This document shows, in pieces, positions 1-11,621 of a stretch of DNA of 49,515 nt. The notes below the pieces were generated by a model. That model ran no database searches. It was not told the DNA's origin and was given only the letters and a program-made list of their open reading frames with translations. The DNA is from Octopus bimaculoides (taxonomy: Eukaryota): contig NC_068995.1 in assembly GCF_001194135.2 (NCBI RefSeq), forward strand, positions 8,629,983 through 8,679,497. The letters are read 5' to 3'. Position 1 is the stretch's first letter; every line of letters begins with the position of its first letter. Position numbers and translations under genes: made by a program.

Positions 1-39
<39 letters not shown>

Positions 40-43
40 TTAT

Positions 44-205
44 ATACGACGGGTTTCTTTCAGTTTACGTCTACCAAATCGACTTACAAAGTTTGGTCGG
101 CACGTGCCTATAGAGGAAGACACTTATCCAAGGTGTCACACCATGGGACTGAACTCGGAACCATGTGATCGGTAAGCAAGCTACTTACCATACAGGCACT
201 CTGTC
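44..205 (-). mobile_element. tRNA-derived SINE family A, 5' half (3' half probably beyond the microsatellite at the window start)
   Basis: The reverse complement matches the + strand copies at 15477 and 27510 (GTGGTAAGTAGCTTGCTTACC..CACATGGTTCCGAGTTCAGTCCC..ACCTTGG..GGTAGACG.AAACTGAAAGAA). A-box-like and B-box-like (GTTCAGTCC) motifs are present. Confidence 0.9.
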
Positions 206-408
206 ATTTTAGAAGAGGGGCGACAGAGGGCACCATACAGAAACTTCGATGTCACTATCATTCATCTTGTAAAATTTCAATATACATTCGTATGTGCACG
301 CCTGTGTATACTTATGTATGTAGACATTTAACTGTATGCATGCATACTTCTTACTCTACGAACGTAAATAACTGTGTTAGATCTCGTGTTATTTCATGTA
401 TATTACTG

Positions 409-457
<49 letters not shown>

Positions 458-1016
458 GGTATGTATTTTTATTCTTTTTCTTCGGATGTATAGAAATTGG
501 TCACCATGATTACAAGAAATAATTATTATTCTTGAAAATAGTTTCGTTCTTGTGTTTAAGATTAAGCCAATTTAGCAAAGATTTCACTACTTTGTTTAAA
601 TAGGAGTCAAGATATATCCAGGGGCCATTTTGGCACCGAAAGCGATATTCCTGGCAAACAATCTGAAGCTAGAATATCAATTTCTAAACTGAAAAGAACA
701 ATTAGAGTCATATTTAGATTAAGCCAAATTACAATGCGTTTGACCAGGCACCTACCCTATGCATTTACAATTACAACAGAGCAAACTAGCTTTGACTTAA
801 TTGAGCCGTGTTTGCAAATCATCCGGAAGGCATATATTCCTGTCGTGTTTAGATGGTTAAACGTATCAAAAGCAGCTTCATCAGTAAATATGATTCGGCG
901 TGTTGATCAGAATTCCAGCAACAATATATAATTCTTCTTATTATACACACCGTCAGTGTAATTTGGAAATATTTTGAGAATAAGAAATAGTTACGCGATA
1001 ATGCACATACGCATAC

Positions 1017-1064
<48 letters not shown>

Positions 1065-1168
1065 GCGGAGNNNNNNNNNNNNNNNNNNNNNNNNNNNNNN
1101 NNNNNNNNNNNNNNNNNNNNNNNNNNNNNNNNNNNNNNNNNNNNNNNNNNNNNNNNNNNNNNNNNNNN

Positions 1169-1245
<77 letters not shown>

Positions 1246-1526
1246 TTGTGTGTGTGAGCTTATATATACATAAGCAGACACACATATATATATACACACA
1301 CATATATGGATACGTATATATATATATATATATACATGTATGTATGTATGTTTATATATGCATAAGCACACACATACATATATATATATACACATATATA
1401 TGCATACGTATATACATATATATATATACATATATATATGCATGTATATGTAAATACATACATAAATATATATATAAGAATTTGTAAATATGTACCTATG
1501 CAAATATAGGTGCATACACATGCATA

Positions 1527-1645
1527 TATAATAATAATAATAAAGATAATAATAATAATAATAATGAACTTCTAACTTGTTGTCTCTTGAGGTCTCTGGG
1601 TAAGACTTGGATCCGACTTGTACAAAAGCAAAACAAAAGTCAAAC

Positions 1646-1690
<45 letters not shown>

Positions 1691-1732
1691 TAATAATAAT
1701 AATAATAATGGAAATACCGATTATAATAATAC
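1527..1732. repeat. Two (AAT)n microsatellites
   Basis: Directly visible at ~1527-1565 and ~1648-1732. Confidence 0.95.
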
Positions 1733-2131
1733 ACTTTAAAACAATTCCATGCTTTTCAGTGCAGTTGTAAGGAGAGACCTCATAAAGTAAGTTATATAAG
1801 CATATGGCAATGGAATATGTTATTGAGATAAACTAACACATATACACATATTCACACAAGCAAATATATAAAGACACACACACATACACACTTATGTATA
1901 TAAATGTGTATGTATGAATGTATGTATTTATGCATGGCTATTTTGTAGTGCATATCAGTGTATGTATTGATGGCCTCCTCATCGTAAATATAAAAATCTT
2001 GTTATCTATAAATATGCGTCAATGAGGTTTAATTCAAAGTGATTCCAATTGAAAGCCAACACAAGCGTTTTGTTCGGTTCTACTAGTGCTTCAAATGTAC
2101 ATAGATGTTCGGATGCTATTATATTGGCATC

Positions 2132-2204
<73 letters not shown>

Positions 2205-2596
2205 CACACATCTGTATGGTTGATATTAAGATGTACACTTGTGTATGCATACATGCATGTAGTATATATATAAATATATATGTGTGTGTTTGTGAAGTAT
2301 GGTAAATATGCTCACTCGTCTAATGTATGGTAGTCTATGTTTATTTGATATAGCTCACGTAGATATTATAATAGTTCTTCATGTCAGATGTTGGTGGTTC
2401 CTAGTCTGTGTCGGTTCAGAGATGAATATCGCTAGAGAACTCTCGACGAAGATTAGTATTATGAAAAGCAAAGTGTGTTATTTCTGTTCCTCAATCTCGC
2501 TTGAGTAATGCAATTATTCCTTTCGCGGGGATCAATATTCTCTCAGAGTATTCTTACCTGTATGTGTATTTAATTTATATATATATATATGTATAC

Positions 2597-2681
<85 letters not shown>

Positions 2682-3415
2682 NNNNNNNNNNNNNNNNNNN
2701 NNNNNNNNNNNNNNNNNNNNNNNNNNNNNNNNNNNNNNNNNNNNNNNNNNNNNNNNNNNNNNNNNNNNNNNNNNNNNNNNNNNNNNNNNNNNNNNNNNNN
2801 NNNNNNNNNNNNNNNNNNNNNNNNNNNNNNNNNNNNNNNNNNNNNNNNNNNNNNNNNNNNNNNNNNNNNNNNNNNNNNNNNNNNNNNNNNNNNNNNNNNN
2901 NNNNNNNNNNNNNNNNNNNNNNNNNNNNNNNNNNNNNNNNNNNNNNNNNNNNNNNNNNNNNNNNNNNNNNNNNNNNNNNNNNNNNNNNNNNNNNNNNNNN
3001 NNNNNNNNNNNNNNNNNNNNNNNNNNNNNNNNNNNNNNNNNNNNNNNNNNNNNNNNNNNNNNNNNNNNNNNNNNNNNNNNNNNNNNNNNNNNNNNNNNNN
3101 NNNNNNNNNNNNNNNNNNNNNNNNNNNNNNNNNNNNNNNNNNNNNNNNNNNNNNNNNNNNNNNNNNNNNNNNNNNNNNNNNNNNNNNNNNNNNNNNNNNN
3201 NNNNNNNNNNNNNNNNNNNNNNNNNNNNNNNNNNNNNNNNNNNNNNNNNNNNNNNNNNNNNNNNNNNNNNTGTGTGAGTCCTACGTAATTGTAGCTCTGA
3301 ATATTCTGAGATTTTTTTCAATCTTTATTTCCTCATTTCGAGTCGTAACAATCAATTAACACTATACATGTTATATATACATATATATATGTGTGTGTAT
3401 GTGAGTGTGCTTGTG

Positions 3416-3487
<72 letters not shown>

Positions 3488-4498
3488 CAATTATACTTAT
3501 CTATATTATGTCGCATATGTCTGTGCTGCGGCGATACGTGGACATAATGCTGCTTTACTGCTTACATCTCACTCACCCATTACCCTTCCCTTCTCTCTCC
3601 CTCCCTTCCTGTCATTCCTTCTTAATCTTTGTCTTGTGTTTCATCGTCCGTTATCTACGGCCTTCCACCTACTCTTTCTCTCACCATATTTTCTCCCCCC
3701 CCCCTTTTTTTTTGTTTGTTGTTGTTTTCTTGTCTTCGCGTCTATTCTTTCTCGCTTTTCATTTTCCAACATAACGGACATATGTCAAGAAAACAATAGC
3801 AGAAATTATAACAACGAACTACAGATAGAGTGATGACGAAGCTGTCGCTCCAAAGATGGCTACAAATGTGTAGACGTTTTCCAATTTTGTATTGTCAACC
3901 GTTACATCTCAAATGATTGCTTGATGATTGCTGAAGCCAGCGGCCACGTTCGTAATCTATTTCCTGTGATGCTTTCAATATTCGCTTGGCACTTATTGGC
4001 ATCTTTCGAAATAGCAGTTCGTATCGCTTCAACATTTAAAATCCCTTTGCTGCCAAAAGGATGGTAATCTCTATAAGATAATTGACTAAATTTCTAGAGT
4101 CCCCTGAGGGGTCCTTGCTCACTTTTGCAAAACTGTTTTTGCATTCTGTGCAAACAGTTACTCTTTCTTTCTTTCTGTCTTTCTTGCTTTCTTTCTTTTG
4201 TCACACACATACACAGGCTCATATACAATTATACACACGCGTACACACAAAGACTCGCTTATATTGAGTGTGAGGCTGAGAAAGTTAAGAGCACTAGAAC
4301 ATACGAGTGGACATACACACACACTCACTCACATTCGTACTCACATACATGAAAGTATGTTCACACTTACACACACACAAACACAGCACATATCCGCAAT
4401 TGCTTAGAGAAAGAGATGGAAGAGAAAAACAGTAAGTATTAGAGAGAGAGAGAAAGATACAGGTGGTGACACATACAATCCCATTCTTACATACGTAC

Positions 4499-4548
<50 letters not shown>

Positions 4549-4680
4549 TTACACTAAACTGACACAGACACTCACAGGTTCACACAAACACATACGTACG
4601 TATACAGAGGAAGAGAGAAAGAGAGGTTGGAGAAGGAGGGAGAACTAATGATATCAAGAAGTTAAGAGAAACTCATTCAC

Positions 4681-4802
4681 ATGCAATCCCACTACTACAC
4701 ACACACACATACATACATATACATACACACACACATACACACACACATACATACATACATATACATACACACACATACATACATATACATACACACACAC
4801 AC

Positions 4803-4839
<37 letters not shown>
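4681..4839. repeat. Compound (CA)/(CATA)/(TA) microsatellite
   Basis: Directly visible. Confidence 0.9.
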
Positions 4840-5048
4840 CAGGGTGACCCAAAATTAGGTTTACAATTATTCAACTATATCTTTCGCATCCATATTTAAA
4901 AAGCTTAGATCTTAATAAAAAAACATATGAAGCCATTGTTCTATACTAATTTAGTTAATTGTAAGAGAAATTTAAATATAATAAAGTGTTTTAAAAGAAT
5001 TTTAAAGTGCCTACGTGATAATTGTAAGCCTACTTTTGAGCCACCCTG
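4840..5048. mobile_element. Tc1/mariner-type MITE, 209 bp, 31 bp TIRs, TA target-site duplication
   Basis: Left end TA|CAGGGTGACCCAAAATTAGGTTTACAATTAT. Right end read inward TA|CAGGGTGGCTCAAAAGTAGGCTTACAATTAT (27/31 identical). TA at 4838-39 and 5049-50. No coding capacity. Confidence 0.93.
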
Positions 5049-5169
5049 TATGTATGTATATCCCGATCACCGTTTGTTATCTCCCCCTTTCTTAGCTCTC
5101 CTGAAAAAAAGAATTTCTAACTTCCGGTCAGCCATTGTTATGATCGGCCATTATTATGATTGACCGTTG

Positions 5170-5348
5170 ACTGAACACTATTCAATTTTTTTTCTCCGTG
5201 TTTTTCTCCTTGTCTCCGCACTCTTACTGTTGAAGAGCGTAGCTCGAAACGTCAAAGGCTTTCCGTATTCCCGAGCGTCATACTAATATATCCTTTTATT
5301 TACACCACCTGTCCTCGTCTGTTGTTATTATTTGTATATTCTCCCCCA
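5170..5348 (+). mobile_element. Penelope-like terminal-repeat fragment, copy 1
   Basis: Homologous to the - strand copy at 8947-9080. Contains TTGAAGA GCGTAGCTC GAAACGTC (5230-5253), a minimal-hammerhead-like signature. The Penelope assignment is inference. Confidence 0.6.
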
Positions 5349-5360
5349 TGTATATATATA

Positions 5361-5600
5361 TACTCTCTTACTCTTTTACTTGTTTCAGTCATTTCACTGT
5401 GGTCATGCTGGAGCACCACCTTTAGTCGAGCAAATCGACCCCAGGAATTATTCTTTGGAAACCTAGTACTTATTATATCGGTCTCTTTTGCCGAACCGCT
5501 AAGTTACGGTGACGTAAACAGACCAGCATCGGTTGTCAAGTGATGTTGGGGGGACAAACACAGACACACAAACATATGCACACACACATATATATATACA
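5361..5600 (-). mobile_element. SINE family A, 3' half
   Basis: The reverse complement matches 27690-27884 (TTAGCGGTTCGGC..AAGTACTAG..CCTGGGGTCGATTT.CTCGACTAAAGG..GTGCTC..TGAAACAAGTAAAA). It runs into the internal microsatellite and then an N gap. Confidence 0.9.
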
Positions 5601-6218
5601 TATATGTNNNNNNNNNNNNNNNNNNNNNNNNNNNNNNNNNNNNNNNNNNNNNNNNNNNNNNNNNNNNNNNNNNNNNNNNNNNNNNNNNNNNNNNNNNNNN
5701 NNNNNNNNNNNNNNNNNNNNNNNNNNNNNNNNNNNNNNNNNNNNNNNNNNNNNNNNNNNNNNNNNNNNNNNNNNNNNNNNNNNNNNNNNNNNNNNNNNNN
5801 NNNNNNNNNNNNNNNNNNNNNNNNNNNNNNNNNNNNNNNNNNNNNNNNNNNNNNNNNNNNNNNNNNNNNNNNNNNNNNNNNNNNNNNNNNNNNNNNNNNN
5901 NNNNNNNNNNNNNNNNNNNNNNNNNNNNNNNNNNNNNNNNNNNNNNNNNNNNNNNNNNNNNNNNNNNNNNNNNNNNNNNNNNNNNNNNNNNNNNNNNNNN
6001 NNNNNNNNNNNNNNNNNNNNNNNNNNNNNNNNNNNNNNNNNNNNNNNNNNNNNNNNNNNNNNNNNNNNNNNNNNNNNNNNNNNNNNNNNNNNNNNNNNNN
6101 NNNNNNNNNNNNNNNNNNNNNNNNNNNNNNNNNNNNNNNNNNNNNNNNNNNNNNNNNNNNNNNNNNNNNNNNNNNNNNNNNNNNNNNNNNNNNNNNNNNN
6201 NNNNNNNNNNNNNNNNNN

Positions 6219-6261
<43 letters not shown>

Positions 6262-6264
<3 letters not shown>

Positions 6265-6704
6265 GTATATGTGCATACTTATATCTATACGTATATATGC
6301 ATATGTGGGCACAGGACAGCTTGTTTGTCTCCTGTCCAAGCTTCATTTACGCGTTTGCCACCACAACCTCGTTTAGGTTTAGTAGCCCTTTCTGCTTATT
6401 TTCACTGTCCTGTTTGTGTTACCACCTTTAACACTCTGCAAAATCCCAAATCTTATTCAATTTGCTTTGCGGGAGCAACTGTTTTCACGAAAGCATATGC
6501 TGTTGTTAAATGCTCGAAATACGAGACTAGAAAAACAGCCAACAACTGATGGAGGGTCGTTCTTTATGTTGTTTGTTTTGTTGTTGGAAAGAATAGTTCA
6601 TGTTCCATGTACCCGTGCTTCTTTTTTTTTGTACACGTTTCGTTACGTCATGTGCCCACATATGCATATATATATATACGTATAGATGTATGTACATATA
6701 CGTA
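6262..6704. repeat. Island bounded by ~52 bp inverted repeats, embedded in (AT)n (MITE-like or fold-back)
   Basis: 6262-6313 TACGTATATGTGCATACTTATATCTATACGTATATATGCATATGTGGGCACA versus reverse complement of 6651-6704 TACGTATATGTACATACATCTATACGTATATATATATATGCATATGTGGGCACA. Confidence 0.75.
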
Positions 6705-7976
6705 NNNNNNNNNNNNNNNNNNNNNNNNNNNNNNNNNNNNNNNNNNNNNNNNNNNNNNNNNNNNNNNNNNNNNNNNNNNNNNNNNNNNNNNNNNNNNNNN
6801 NNNNNNNNNNNNNNNNNNNNNNNNNNNNNNNNNNNNNNNNNNNNNNNNNNNNNNNNNNNNNNNNNNNNNNNNNNNNNNNNNNNNNNNNNNNNNNNNNNNN
6901 NNNNNNNNNNNNNNNNNNNNNNNNNNNNNNNNNNNNNNNNNNNNNNNNNNNNNNNNNNNNNNNNNNNNNNNNNNNNNNNNNNNNNNNNNNNNNNNNNNNN
7001 NNNNNNNNNNNNNNNNNNNNNNNNNNNNNNNNNNNNNNNNNNNNNNNNNNNNNNNNNNNNNNNNNNNNNNNNTATATATGCATATATATACATATATGCA
7101 TATATATATACTTATATGTATATATATAAATATATATATACACACATATCCATCCAGTTCTTAATCAGTCTGACTATCAATCAGTGTATCAAACTATCCA
7201 TCTATTTCACTGTCTGTCTGTCTGTCTGTTCGTCTGTCTGTGTGTCTGTCTGTCTCCCTGTCTCTTCGCCTCTCTTTCTGCCCCTGTGCCACATCATATA
7301 CCTCGATCCAGTTGTACATATTCAAGTCTCTTTCCGTCTCCCTCTCCTCTCTCACATTTGATATTTTCATGACTATATATGTAATTCCTTTCATTCTCCC
7401 TCTTTCTTCTTCATCTCCTCTCTCTCTTTCTCTCGCTCTCCTCATCATTTCTCTCTTTCTCTTCCAAAATGTTTCTCATCCAAAATGACTGTTCTACAAA
7501 ATAGCATTATTCCTAGAAAAAATATATAAATAAAATAAACAAACAACAAAACAGCTGAACCTAAAAAAAAAACTTAAAGACATCGAAACAAAACCTTGTT
7601 ATTCAAATCGAAAACTAGCTACAAAAGAATCAAATAAAAATATTAAACTTAATATTTAAAAACACTCAGAAAAAATAAATAAAAATAACAATATTATTAA
7701 TAAGAGCAGCAGATAGAAAAGAAAATCTTAATTAAATTAGAAAGATATTGAAATTAGTAGCTGCCTAAATTTGAAGCAGTCTCGAAACTAAACAGCTATG
7801 TCAAAACGTCAAGTCAATGTTGAACTTATCAAACAAAGACATGGCGCATGTAATAACGTATTCCATATAATGGCGTCCATCAAACTAGAAGAAGAAGAAG
7901 AGATAGAAGAAGCGGAGTTGGAGGAAGGAGAGGATGGAGATTGAGAAAAGGAGGAGAAGGGGGAAACAGTAGAATA

Positions 7977-8275
7977 CAGTGCAAGTTCGGTTTACGAACA
8001 ATTTTTCTCACCACGAACAAATCGGTTTACGACGCAGAAAGTTTTTGAACATAAAACATTTCGGTTTACGAACGGTGTCTCGAGTAACAAACATGCAATC
8101 AAGCAACAACGGTTGGCGAGAAGCTTGGAGCATTATCGGAAAAGTGTCAGTTTCGCTCAGTGTACATTGCTGCCTGCTCTTGAATCTCTTATGGAAAAAT
8201 CAGATTCGACTAAAGAAAAATTCGAGTGACGAACGACATTGAGGAATGTATTATTAAGTTGGTAAACCGAAGAAA
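7977..8275. mobile_element. Degenerate pogo/Tigger-like MITE
   Basis: Starts TA|CAGTGCAAGTTCGGTTTACGAAC. TCGGTTTACGA occurs three times (~7987, ~8022, ~8061). The right end GTTGGTAAACCGAA (8258-8271) is a 13/14 inverted match. The outermost right TIR bases are decayed. Confidence 0.65.
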
Positions 8276-8439
8276 GTACAGCTCAAACTCTGACATCGTG
8301 AAGATTCTACGAGCTCACGTATACACAGCAATGCGATATGACTAAGTGACTAAAACTGAGCTAAATTTTATTTATCCGCCACCGTGGGGAACTCTATGCA
8401 ATTGCGACGGCGGTGGTCATCGTCATTGTAAGAGTACTA

Positions 8440-8625
8440 ACAGCAGCAGCAACGACAGCAGCAGCAGCGACAGCAGCAGCAGCGACAGCAGCAGCGGCGA
8501 CAGCAGCAGCAACAGCCGCAGTAGTAGTTATCGCAGCGGCAGTATTAATAATAAAAGCAAACAGTAGAAATAGTAGACGCAAATGTAGTAGTAGTAGTAG
8601 TAGTAGTAACAGCAGCAGCATCAGC

Positions 8626-8678
<53 letters not shown>

Positions 8679-8700
8679 TAGTAGCAGTAGTAATAGCAGT
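8440..8700. repeat. Compound (CAG)/(GCGACAGCAGCAGCA)/(AGT)n repeat
   Basis: Directly visible. It produces the poly-Ala, poly-Ser and poly-Leu ORFs in the track. Confidence 0.92.
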
Positions 8701-8900
8701 AGATATCACCATGGGATATCTGACTGAGTACGCATTCGGTCAAACACTTGCAATCGTGAACAAACCTCCGAGTGTTTGATTATGATTTGATGCGCGCGTG
8801 AGGGTATATGCACGACAGATTATATATTTTAGTGAGCGTTTCGTCATACATCTATATATATAGGCAAACGTTAATATGTACGTATACACATAATTATGTA

Positions 8901-8936
<36 letters not shown>

Positions 8937-8946
8937 NNNNNNNNNN

Positions 8947-9080
8947 CAACGTGTATTAATTTAACGCTGAGGAAGACTCGAAGAATCTTTGACGTTTCGA
9001 GCCTACGATCTTCAGCAGAAAAGAGTGAGAAGAGAAAACAGGTGGACAAGGGAAAATAAAACGGAAGGAAGAAAATTCGT
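8947..9080 (-). mobile_element. Penelope-like terminal-repeat fragment, copy 2
   Basis: Reverse complement reads CTGCTGAAGATCGTAGGCTCGAAACGTCAAAGA..CAGCGTTAAATTAATAC, homologous to 5170-5348. It is cut by a 10-N gap. Confidence 0.6.
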
Positions 9081-10180
9081 ATCTGGACCATGTATGGATG
9101 TATGCATGTATGTATGTATGCGCATACATATCTCTGTTTTTACTTGTACATACATTTGTGTGTGTACGTATAGAAATCCATATATGTATTTACATATTGA
9201 AAAACTAATAATTTCAAAATTTGTATATGTTCCATTATTGCTATTAGTATTTTTTTTTTGTTATTATTGTATGTATTTTTCTGTCAGTTTTTTTTTCATT
9301 TCTATTGATTTTCACCTTTATTTTATCTAACAAAAGATAGTCATTAATAAGGAAAATATATGGAAAACGTGATTTTTTAACAAATTACACGAAAGGAAAA
9401 TATGAATGCATAAAAACTAGCGCAAAAACACAGATGCAAGAGAGACAGTATTAGCACAAATCTGTGCACATACGAAATTATTAATAACTAAAAATATACT
9501 GCGTATAAAAAATGTATCCATATTTATATATATATATATATATATATATANNNNNNNNNNNNNNNNNNNNNNNNNNNNNNNNNNNNNNNNNNNNNNNNNN
9601 NNNNNNNNNNNNNNNNNNNNNNNNNNNNNNNNNNNNNNNNNNNNNNNNNNNNNNNNNNNNNNNNNNNNNNNNNNNNNNNNNNNNNNNNNNNNNNNNNNNN
9701 NNNNNNNNNNNNNNNNNNNNNNNNNNNNNNNNNNNNNNNNNNNNNNNNNNNNNNNNNNNNNNNNNNNNNNNNNNNNNNNNNNNNNNNNNNNNNNNNNNNN
9801 NNNNNNNNNNNNNNNNNNNNNNNNNNNNNNNNNNNNNNNNNNNNNNNNNNNNNNNNNNNNNNNNNNNNNNNNNNNNNNNNNNNNNNNNNNNNNNNNNNNN
9901 NNNNNNNNNNNNNNNNNNNNNNNNNNNNNNNNNNNNNNNNNNNNNNNNNNNNNNNNNNNNNNNNNNNNNNNNNNNNNNNNNNNNNNNNNNNNNNNNNNNN
10001 NNNNNNNNNNNNNNNNNNNNNNNNNNNNNNNNNNNNNNNNNNNNNNNNNNNNNNNNNNNNNNNNNNNNNNNNNNNNNNNNNNNNNNNNNNNNNNNNNNNN
10101 NNNNNNNNNNNNNNNNNNNNNNNNNNNNNNNNNNNNNNNNNNNNNNNNNNNNNNNNNNNNNNNNNNNNNNNNNNNNNNNN

Positions 10181-10214
<34 letters not shown>

Positions 10215-10222
10215 TTGATATT

Positions 10223-10262
<40 letters not shown>

Positions 10263-10764
10263 TAGATAGATAGATATGTATATATATACTCATGTATGTA
10301 TATAAAAGCATTAATTTACAAATACATTGACGCACACCGACACATATGTGTGTGTGTGTGTGTGTGTATTCTAACCCTAACGCATTTGTTACCGCAACTA
10401 TACGCTTACGGTTCCCAACACAGAAATAGACAAATTATTAATCTCTTCGCTGCCTTTAATAAACGATTTCATAATTATTTCTCCGTTTTTCATCAGTACA
10501 TTATTTTAACTAACATTAATTAAGACTATAATAATAATGATACTCAAACGTCTTACTACAAAGATTTTAAATTCTCCTGTTGCGAAGGAACAATTTATCT
10601 GCGAAGAACTATTAGTAAACAATTAGCTGGTAGACAGTGAATCATATTATACTTAACTATATGAGTAATTGTTTCATATGTTAATTAAATGTTGCAACCA
10701 CACGACTGGGTGTACATGCAATCAGCCATATATTTCCTCGTACACATACACTTGTGCGAGAACA

Positions 10765-10884
<120 letters not shown>

Positions 10885-10989
10885 TATATACATATGTATA
10901 CACATGAATGAATCCTATATACAAATATATATACATATATATATATGCACACATCTATATATATGCACATATCTATATATGAATATATA

Positions 10990-11067
10990 TGTTTAATCTA
11001 TATATGAATATAGATATATGTATATACATGTTTAATCTATATATGAATATAGATATATGTATATACA
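10990..11067. repeat. Tandem duplication, 2 x 39 bp
   Basis: TGTTTAATCTATATATGAATATAGATATATGTATATACA occurs twice with period 39. Confidence 0.9.
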
Positions 11068-11621
11068 TATGTATATATATATATATTTATGTATGTATAT
11101 AAACGTACATATATATGCGAATGTGTGTATGCATGTCTATATACACGTAAGTTTAGATACTGGGAGAGAGTGGTAGGCGCATGGAGAGTTAATAGTCGGC
11201 ATAAACATCAAAAGGCATACACCTATATATATCTGTGTGTGTGTATGTGAGTGTGTATGTGTGTGTGCGTAAATGTATATAAGCGTATGTATCTATGTAT
11301 GTAAGAGTGTATCTGACATTTGCGTATGTAGATGATTTATTTAATACTATGAAAAGAACTATACAAAAACAACATAAAAGATATTTCCCAAACATGAAAC
11401 AGTAATTACACAAAAAATCATTATCGAGTTCTTAATTATTCCAATGTATGGTAAAATATCAAATTTTCTATAAAACTTTACACTGGAATTGATCTCAATA
11501 CTTTAACTGAAGGATGATGAAGAACAAGATATTTTGTTCCGTTATATATTGTCATGATCTCCTGTTCAAACAAAGTATTGTTTGCTTATGCTAAAAATCT
11601 ATGTTGTCGAGACATCTTCCT

